A stretch of 63,987 bases of DNA, filler included, from Salisapilia sapeloensis CBS 127946 (taxonomy: Eukaryota; Protista; Oomycota), in the NCBI GenBank assembly GCA_023334545.1. It is 6 parts of 6 records of this genome, joined end to end, with 100 filler letters (N's around TTAATTAATTAA, not from the genome) between each part and the next. Parts side by side here need not be neighbours in the genome. Positions count along the whole stretch, not along the records: positions 56,439 to 59,480 come from JAADVB010000795.1; positions 59,581 to 62,835 come from JAADVB010000773.1; positions 62,936 to 63,987 come from JAADVB010001338.1; 3 more parts are not named here. One strand, 5' to 3'. Under the pieces are notes generated by a model. It had not been told where the DNA came from and made no database searches. It saw only the letters and a program-made list of their open reading frames with translations. Position numbers and translations under genes: made by a program. Within the stretch, counting starts at the first letter, position 1, and each line of letters starts with the position of its first letter. Positions 56,580 through 63,987 of the stretch are shown here, one piece after another.

Positions 56580-57508
56580 AAGTGAATGCTGCTTGGAAAT
56601 TTAGGCATCATGCTGGTAATATACGAGGAAATTTTGTCGGGAATCAACTTACCAATTTCCGAGATGGTTGACTCGACGAGAGGTGGACTCCAAAGGTTGA
56701 GGTAGATTGTATTTCTAGCTTACTACATGTCTTATCCTTTGCAAGAGTAACAACACCGTGTGGAAATCTCATCGCCTTCTTTAAATTAATCTAACATGTT
56801 GATGTATTACTTTATGAAAGTGGTCATTACGACCGTAAACTCTTGGTTATGTTTCTTGGACTAAACGAGTTTAGCTCTCGTCAAAAAGGCTTGAGGAATG
56901 GAGCACAGAACGTGCATATGTAGAAGCTTTGATTACTCCCATTCATTGAAAACAACGAAGTAGACTTAGTCAATAGAGATGACAAGGGATGATTTCTAAC
57001 CTATGCATTGTATATTTGACTCTTTGGCAGCATTTTGATCACTCATTCTTTATGAGTAGATATAAGTTGGGATGATGAATCCACCAGTTTTTTAAGTTTA
57101 TCTAGAGATCGGTCTTACTCGTTGTCTGAGCTAAGGATAGGGTACAATTTCGACATCGTGATGAGCTCTTTTGTGTCAAAGAGTCATTTATAGATGCACT
57201 CTACTTGGACAAACACGAGCATAACAACTTGCGGTTCCAGTGCTATTTTTATTCACCTATGAAGAGTCTGTTCACCCTCGTCCTCTGTCTCGCGTTCCTT
57301 TAAAAAGCTATTCCCCTCTAACACTCACGTATTCGTTCAGCTCAACTAGCACTTAATTCTTACCTTTTTCAGGAAAGGAAGAGTTTGGAATAATATAGCA
57401 GCTATAGCACTCAATCGGACAGTGTCTGAACAGCTCCAACTTGAGTACGCCCTGCGAAAGGCGTTTCCTGTTACCCCTTCCGCCCCTGCCACTTCGCGAC
57501 GCTCAAAA

Positions 57509-59480
57509 ATGGACGAACTACATGATGCAATTCAAGATGCCCAGTACATCGGTGCGATCACCAACGGTCAACGTGGGCCATCAGCATCGTTCGCTACACC
57601 AAGCTCTGCTGAACTCAGTGCTTTCGTAGAGAAAATGGAGCGCATATACGGTCCGGAGTGGCTTAGTCTGGAGAATATTTTACACGAACCGCTGGGTTTC
57701 TATCTACTGCAGCGATATTGCGAAGCTAATCAGGGTGAAAGTTGTCAGCTGAAGTTTCTTATCGAAGTCACCAAGTATCGAGACTTGATGCTGCCTGAAC
57801 TACGCTTGAAAAAGGCCAAAGAGATTTGGACCAAATTCTGTGCCCCTTCCGCCATGAACGCTTCATCTCATACTTCTAATCCTACAGGTGCAGGTGGAAA
57901 GGTTGCCAACGCATCCAACCATGCCGCCGTGACACCTTCGTGTGCTGTGAACGGTAGTGCATCCGCCTCTACAATTCACCCGACAAATGTTGATAGAGCT
58001 ACAAATCACGATCCTCAATCGCCGAGCGCTCGGCGTTCCGTCGCACCTTTAGAAAACATGAACGTTGCTTCGATGACACCAAATGGTATCGTTTTCTGGA
58101 AGAAAGGCATGTCCACGGTCAATATGCGAGACGTTGCTGGTGTATATTTCCTCGCAGCTGATAACTCAAATCCCGTTGGTGTCGGTGGTGCTGTCATTAG
58201 ACGACTTGATGAAGTTATAAATTACAAATCGGCCGCAGTCCGACCAATAATGCGTTCGCCGTCACTCACTGCTAGCTCTAGTACCAGTTGTCGTGAAAGT
58301 GGTGTTGTCGCTGCCATCGCGGATTACGATGACAGTTTGTACGAGTTATCTACCCGTTCTCCTAAAGTCAGCCAAAGCAGTCGAGGCCGAACGAGTGATG
58401 TGTCTTCCGCGCCCATAAAGAGTGCATCGAGTACGGATCCACGATTGGACAGTGCATCGGATAAAAATGGAAAAGAACACCGTCTATTCAATTGCTCTTC
58501 CTCTCTATTCGACGAGCTAGAAGCTTGTGTACTGTGCAGTATCGAGCATCAGTATCTAAAAGGCTTTCGAGCAAGCCCGTACCATCGTCGGCTCCTCTGC
58601 TTCTTATGTCTACAAAGCAAAAAGGTAGCCGAAGAAGATTTCACCTGCCTACGGGTACTTGGTCGTGGTGGCTTCGGTGTTGTCAACGGCTGCCTCAAAA
58701 GGACATCTGGGTCTCTATACGCCATGAAAGTGATGAATAAGAAAATGATCAAGAAGAAACATGCTGAGAAGCTATGTATAGCAGAAAGACAGATTCTGTC
58801 GATGATCTCTTCTCCTTTCGTTGTCTGTCTTAAATACGCTTTCCAGACGGCGGAGGAACTATTTCTCGTACTGGACTTGAGAACAGGTGGAGACCTATCC
58901 TACCACTTAAACCGGTCTCGATTCTCGATTGAACAAGTACGATATTGGTCTGCTCAAGTACTGCTTGGATTGCAACACCTGCACGAAAAGAATATTGTCT
59001 ACCGTGACCTCAAGCCAGAGAATATCCTGCTGGATGATCAAGGCAACTGCAGTATCTCTGACTTGGGATTGGCAGTCGAAATCACTCCACAGTTAACAGG
59101 ACGGTGTGGAACGCGAGGGTACTGGGCGCCGGAAATGCTACTCCGCGACGACGATGGAAATCGTATTGTCTATAACCATGCCGTCGACTGGTGGAGCTAT
59201 GGCTGTCTAGTATACGAACTATTCTATGGCAAATGCCCCTTTCGAACGACCAAAGCAAAGGCATTACATGAAGACAAGCAACAGGCATACGATAAAGCTA
59301 CTCTAGAACTAACACCGTCCTACGAAGCCAAGTACTTTCCCCCAGATGCTGTGGAGCTCATCCAACGTACGTTGCTTTGTCTACCTTGTAGTGTGCATTT
59401 GGATACGACTTTAACGCTTTCGTGTAGAATTACTGATTCGAGACCCTACAAAGCGGCTCGGAGCCAACGGTGCGGAAGAG
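57509..59480 (+). CDS. GRK: G protein-coupled receptor kinase (RGS-homology plus AGC kinase), 3' end lost at the gap
   Basis: N-terminal MDELHDAIQDAQYI (GRK alphaN-like), LENILHEPLGFYLL (RH), LGRGGFG, YAMK, YRDLKPEN, GRK-typical DLGLA, GTRGYWAPE; intron near the end gives ELIQ-QLLIRDPTKRLG. Confidence 0.9.
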
Positions 59481-59580
59481 NNNNNNNNNNNNNNNNNNNN
59501 NNNNNNNNNNNNNNNNNNNNNNNNTTAATTAATTAANNNNNNNNNNNNNNNNNNNNNNNNNNNNNNNNNNNNNNNNNNNN
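59481..59580. other. Assembly spacer: N run with TTAATTAATTAA linker
   Basis: Same 100-nt spacer design. Confidence 0.97.
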
Positions 59581-59581
59581 G

Positions 59582-61510
59582 ATGCTACGGTCAGCACGTT
59601 CAATTGCTCGCGCCGTGCCACGGACATCGTTGTCCCGGTTCTCTCGGGCAGCCTGCTCGTTCCTTCCGAACGCGAATGTCGCGCGCAGTTTCTCCGCCGG
59701 CACGCAGGCCATTGAAATGGCGGATGCTCGACGAGAGGCCGAGTACACGGACGAGTTCATCGGCAAGACAGGAGCGGAGATTTTCCACCAGACGCTCGCG
59801 GAATTGGGCGTCGAGTGCGTCTTCGGATACCCCGGTGGTGCCATCCTGCCGGTCTTTGACGCCATCTACGAGAGCGAGCACTTTGACTTTGTCCTCACTC
59901 GGCATGAACAGGGCGCGGGGCACATGGCCCAGGGCTTTGCCCGTGCGACCGGCAAGCCTGGCGTGGTGCTGGTGACGTCCGGGCCGGGAGCCACGAACAC
60001 CGTGACGCCGCTGCAGGACGCCTTGATGGACGGCACGCCGATGGTGGTGTTCAGCGGGCAAGTGGCGACGCAGGTGCTTGGGACGGACGCCTTCCAGGAA
60101 GCCGACATCATGGGCATCACGCGGCCGTGCACCAAGTGGAACGTCCAGGTGCGCAGCGTCAAGGATATGGCGCGGAACATCCGCGAGGCTTTCCACATCG
60201 CGACGACAGGGCGTCCGGGGCCGGTGCTCGTGGACCTGCCGAAGGACATCACGGCCGGCCTGTGCCGGTCTCCCGTGATCAAGGAGCCGCAGCTGCTGGG
60301 GTACTATGGGCAGAAGAAGATCGACGGCAACCGGACGAACCAGGAGGCGAACCTGAAGAAGGCGGCGCAGCTGCTGAACAAGGCCAAGAAGCCGTTGATC
60401 TTTGCCGGCGCCGGCGCTCTCCACGCGTCCGAGGAGCTGCGGGAGCTGGCGCGCGCGGGAAACATCCCTGTGACCACGAGTCTGCAGGGCCTCGGGTCGA
60501 TGGACGAGCGAGATCCGCTGAGCCTGCACATGCTCGGCATGCACGGCTCGGTGTACGCGAACAAGGCGATCCAGGACGCCGACGTGATTCTGACGGTGGG
60601 CGCGCGCTTCGACGACCGCGTGACGGGCCGCGTGGCGGACTTTGCGCCGGAAGCCCGACGCGCCGGCGTGGAAGGCCGCGGAGGCATCATCCACATGGAG
60701 ATCTCCGGGAAGCAGATCGGGAAGATCATTCCGGCGGACGTGGCGGTGCTGGGCGACACCAAGTACAACCTCAAGCACCTGTTGCCGCAGGTGCAGACGA
60801 AGCCTCGGAGCGAGTGGCACAAGAAGCTGCAGGAGTGGAAGGCGAGGTACCCGTTCCGGTACCGTCCGGCGGCGGAGGGCGCGCCGCTGAAGCCGCAGCG
60901 GGTGATCGAAGAGCTGTACACGCAGACCAAGCACCGGGACGACGTGGTGATCACGACGGGCGTGGGGCAGCACCAGATGTGGGCGGCGCAGTTCTACCGG
61001 TGGCACCGGCCCATGTCCTGGATCTCGTCCGGAGGCGCCGGGACGATGGGGTACGGCCTTCCCGCGGCCATCGGCGCCAAGGCAGCGATGCCGGATGCCA
61101 TGGTGGTGGACATCGACGGTGACGCGTCGTTCTGCATGACGCTGACGGAGATGGCGACGGCGGCCGAGTTCGGCCTGAACGTCAAGGTGCTCCTGCTGAA
61201 CAACGACTTCCAGGGCATGGTCAAGCAGTGGCAGGACCTCTTCTACGAGGAGCGGTACTCGAGCACGGTGATGAAGAACCCGGACTTTGTCAAGTTCGCC
61301 GAGAGCATGAACTGCGAGGGCTTCCGGTGCACGAGCGAGGACGACCTGGAGGCGTCGATGCGGCGCTTCATCGAGGCGGAGGGTCCGATCCTGGGCGAGT
61401 TCATTGTGGAAAAGCACGAGCACTGCTACCCGATGGTGGGCGCCGGCCGAGCCTTGGATGAGATGATCATCGGCGAGTTCGACGACTGTCCGCCCACGAC
61501 GTCCGTGTGA
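59582..61510 (+). CDS. ILV2: Acetolactate synthase catalytic subunit, mitochondrial-type presequence
   Basis: FGYPGGAILP, RHEQGAGHMA, TSGPGATN, GTDAFQE, MLGMHG, RFDDRVTG, GVGQHQMW, ThDP motif GDASF...LNN, GMVKQWQ. Confidence 0.97.
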   Translation: MLRSARSIARAVPRTSLSRFSRAACSFLPNANVARSFSAGTQAIEMADARREAEYTDEFIGKTGAEIFHQTLAELGVECVFGYPGGAILPVFDAIYESEHFDFVLTRHEQGAGHMAQGFARATGKPGVVLVTSGPGATNTVTPLQDALMDGTPMVVFSGQVATQVLGTDAFQEADIMGITRPCTKWNVQVRSVKDMARNIREAFHIATTGRPGPVLVDLPKDITAGLCRSPVIKEPQLLGYYGQKKIDGNRTNQEANLKKAAQLLNKAKKPLIFAGAGALHASEELRELARAGNIPVTTSLQGLGSMDERDPLSLHMLGMHGSVYANKAIQDADVILTVGARFDDRVTGRVADFAPEARRAGVEGRGGIIHMEISGKQIGKIIPADVAVLGDTKYNLKHLLPQVQTKPRSEWHKKLQEWKARYPFRYRPAAEGAPLKPQRVIEELYTQTKHRDDVVITTGVGQHQMWAAQFYRWHRPMSWISSGGAGTMGYGLPAAIGAKAAMPDAMVVDIDGDASFCMTLTEMATAAEFGLNVKVLLLNNDFQGMVKQWQDLFYEERYSSTVMKNPDFVKFAESMNCEGFRCTSEDDLEASMRRFIEAEGPILGEFIVEKHEHCYPMVGAGRALDEMIIGEFDDCPPTTSV

Positions 61511-61587
61511 TGTGGTCGGAGGAGATAAATGCATAGGAGAAATAGTCTGGTCAAGAGATGTTGGTGTGATTCTTGGTTTCCATAGTT

Positions 61588-62160
61588 CTAGTTCTTTTCG
61601 AAAAGAGGGAGCAGCTTCTTCTGGTCGTGGAGGGAGAGCGTCTCGTCGCATCCGCCGATGTGCTGTCCTCTGAGCATGGGAATGCGGTCGTTAGAGACGG
61701 AGAGGATGCTAGACAAAGTCAGACGTACTTGATGAAGACGTTGGGCACCGTCCGCTGGCCTGTCATCTTGAGCAGCAGGTCCTGGATCTCGGCTCCGTTG
61801 TCTATTGTCCCACCATGTCAGTCCGGAAGCGATATTCGCCTCATTCAAGTCCTATTGTACCAAGCTCGTTGAGCTCCGCCGCCGTGTACGGAATGTCCAG
61901 CGTGTCGAACAGGTCCTTCACGCGAGCACAGAACGGGCAGGTCGTCTTGGTGAAGAGCATCACGTCGTTCTCTTCGATCGCAGTCTGCGGCCACAGAGCA
62001 CAAGCGATGAGCTACCATCACGGTACCAATAGGAAAGCAACAAGACCTGGATGGAAGACGTAGACGCCTCCACATGCACACTGCGGGTGGCAAGGGCAGA
62101 CGCGCGCGCCACCTTCGCCGCACCCACGCGCGCCGTCGCTCGAGATACTAGTCGAAGCAT
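61588..62160 (-). CDS. Dithiol glutaredoxin (CPFC) with presequence, 4 exons
   Basis: Spliced MLRLVSRATARVG...FTKTTCPFCARVKDLF...TGQRTVPNVFIKGQHIGGCD. Confidence 0.9.
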
Positions 62161-62263
62161 ATTCCTTTTCTTGGCAGAAGATTCCGTGTCGATCCAAAGT
62201 GTCTTGGTGTTCGTATGTCGCCTACAACATCTCCCAGCCAACTTCAAGACCGAGAGCGCCGGC

Positions 62264-62476
62264 ATGAGCGACCGGCCGATCGTCGAGAGAGCCGTCTTCG
62301 CCATCCTCCAGGAGCCCTACTTTTACGCCGGCATCGGAGCCGCCCTCTTCCTCCTGCTCTCGGCAGCTGGGATATGGGCAGCCAGAGACCTCATGGCGCA
62401 GATCGACGCAGAGGAGGCCGCCGCCGCCGCCGAAGCCGAAGCCAAAGCGAAACGTAAAGCAAAGAAAACCAACTAG
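62264..62476 (+). CDS. Small single-TM hypothetical protein
   Basis: 70 aa: YFYAGIGAALFLLLSAAGIWAA followed by a charged helix. Confidence 0.6.
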   Translation: MSDRPIVERAVFAILQEPYFYAGIGAALFLLLSAAGIWAARDLMAQIDAEEAAAAAEAEAKAKRKAKKTN

Positions 62477-62501
62477 CCTCACTCATCCACCAAACCTCCT
62501 T

Positions 62502-62835
62502 CTATTCCTTCTTCGACACCACCGCTGCCACCGGAAGCTGCGGGTGGAGAGAAAAGTCCAGGTCCAGCACGACGTCCGGCCCCGCCGTCTTCGTCAGCTC
62601 CTGCGCGTTCGCCACGCAGACTCGGACCACGCTCTCCGCCTCGCTCCCGTGGACGCACCCGGTCTCGTCGTCACTACCGCTAAACACGCGACTCGGACCC
62701 ACTAGCTGCTCGCCGTGCTTCTTCGCCACCTTGAAGCACTCTTCGGCAGACTTGCGCACGAGCTGCGGCTCGTACGATGAAAAGTCCGAGTTCTGGACAA
62801 AGTCCTCGTACGCCAGTGGCGACGGAAAGTGGACC
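62502..62835 (-). CDS. NAA35: Probable NatC auxiliary subunit (NAA35/MAK10) C-terminal fragment
   Basis: Y.DFVQNSDFS...AEECFKVAK...LDFSLHPQLPV resembles the NAA35 C-terminus (FDFSAHKYFPV). Confidence 0.55.
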
Positions 62836-62935
62836 NNNNNNNNNNNNNNNNNNNNNNNNNNNNNNNNNNNNNNNNNNNNTTAATTAATTAANNNNNNNNN
62901 NNNNNNNNNNNNNNNNNNNNNNNNNNNNNNNNNNN
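62836..62935. other. Assembly spacer: N run with TTAATTAATTAA linker
   Basis: Same 100-nt spacer design. Confidence 0.97.
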
Positions 62936-63632
62936 AAAGGAAGCTGCGCAAGGCCTTCAGTTCTTGCACAGCAAGGAGATTGTTCATGGAGACCTCAAGT
63001 GTAACAACATTCTCGTATGTGGAAACGACTACGTTGCTAAACTTACGGACTTTGGGCTCAGTATGACAAAGGACGACGTCACTGTCTTTAATGACTCAAA
63101 TCCTACTGGCGCCAAGCAATGGGTCGCTCCAGAGTGCTTAAACGGAGAGCCTAGCTCTTATGAGTCGGACGTTTATTCGCTCGGAATGTGTGTGGTTGAG
63201 GCTATAAGTGGCAGAACACCTTGGGGTCGTCTTGATGCACCTGCGGTCAAGATGCATGTGTCGAGTGGAAAGCTTCCAGCAAAAAGTGATCATGAACGCA
63301 TTTCTGACCAGGCCTGGGATCTTGTTCACCGCATGTGTGCGTGTAATCCAGGCGACAGGCTAAAGCTTGACGAGGTTATTAGCGAGTTGATCAAATTGGA
63401 AGTTTCAGACGACACAGTATTGCCTCCTCCTGAGCGTAATGAACTGGAAGGTGGCTTATCTTCAAGTGTAAGATTTTCTAGCTGCACGTTTGAATCGAGG
63501 ACATCTTCCGCACTGAGCCGTAGACCACAACAAACGTCTCATTATGCTTCCATGTACACCTCGGAAATTGAGGAGGAGGCTGAGGGTAGTGCGTCTGCAT
63601 GCACAACGGCCACTTCTGAGGAAGTTTTTTAG
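62936..63632 (+). CDS. Tyrosine-kinase-like (TKL) protein kinase, C-terminal part
   Basis: EAAQGLQFLHSKEIVHGDLKCNNILV, DFGLS, WVAPE, SDVYSLG, PWG. Confidence 0.9.
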
Positions 63633-63987
63633 CAAGATCAGTTATCAGAGCAGCGAGAGAGAATGGTCGTAATGAAAAAGTTATATTTTGACTACCTCGT
63701 GAGGATCTAGCTTTCGTGGTGTAGTGCTTTTGTTAATTTGGATCATTGCATGTATTTGTGCAGGTGTTAATTTCATACTCCTTTTCGAATCTAGCTACTT
63801 GAAAGTGGAATGTGCAGTCACGCAAATGTCGTAGCACATCAATGTGCTATCTTTCAGTGTTTCTACCTATCCAAATTATCTCATGAACGATATGATAAGG
63901 CTTTAGTCGAAGTTGAAAACTATCAATACTGTCAAAAGAGCACTTAACTTTCCAACTAGTTTATAAATGTAAGTTTTAATCCTTTAT

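Noticed and set aside
59369-59430. ORF-track peptide RTLLCLPCSVHLDTTLTLSC as a Cys motif duplicated in two proteins
   Set aside because: It is translation through a GT-AG intron of GRK and of its inverted copy.
11477-59480. GPCR-AC and GRK as one linked signalling cluster
   Set aside because: They lie on different contigs separated by artificial linkers.
59600-61651. 683-aa antisense ORF and other long overlapping ORFs (41373-42275, 40179-40937, 27601-28647, 572-1159, 334-798)
   Set aside because: They shadow well-identified genes on the opposite strand, lack motifs, and are expected from GC3-biased coding DNA.

Overview
Eukaryotic, gene-dense DNA with short (about 50-75 nt) GT-AG introns. 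It is most consistent with a flagellated oomycete or related stramenopile, based on a 7TM-adenylate cyclase fusion, an HGDLKCNN-type kinase, AHI1 and a GRK. The window is six contigs joined by five 100-nt N spacers carrying an artificial TTAATTAATTAA six-frame-stop linker, so adjacency across gaps is not evidence of linkage. Recognisable genes: NOP2, CPSF2, mitochondrial bL25, an HMG-box/histone-fold fusion, Msp1/ATAD1, TruB (partial), two inverted serine carboxypeptidase 3' ends, GPCR-AC, TERT, LpxA, AHI1, a SAPS-PH-SnoaL protein, a papain-family protease, a permuted papain-like protein, MED27, CDC14, PRMT5, a PA-domain KDEL protein, VPS35, an SDR, MCU, Orai, GRK (partial), acetolactate synthase, glutaredoxin, NAA35 (partial) and a kinase fragment. 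The most striking item is missed by the ORF track: a 15-exon secreted LRR gene (51449-53375) with one repeat per exon, all 14 introns in phase 2 and all internal exons multiples of 3 nt. Next to it, MCU and Orai, two Ca2+ channels, sit head-to-head 229 bp apart. All exon models were assembled by eye and need RNA-seq confirmation.
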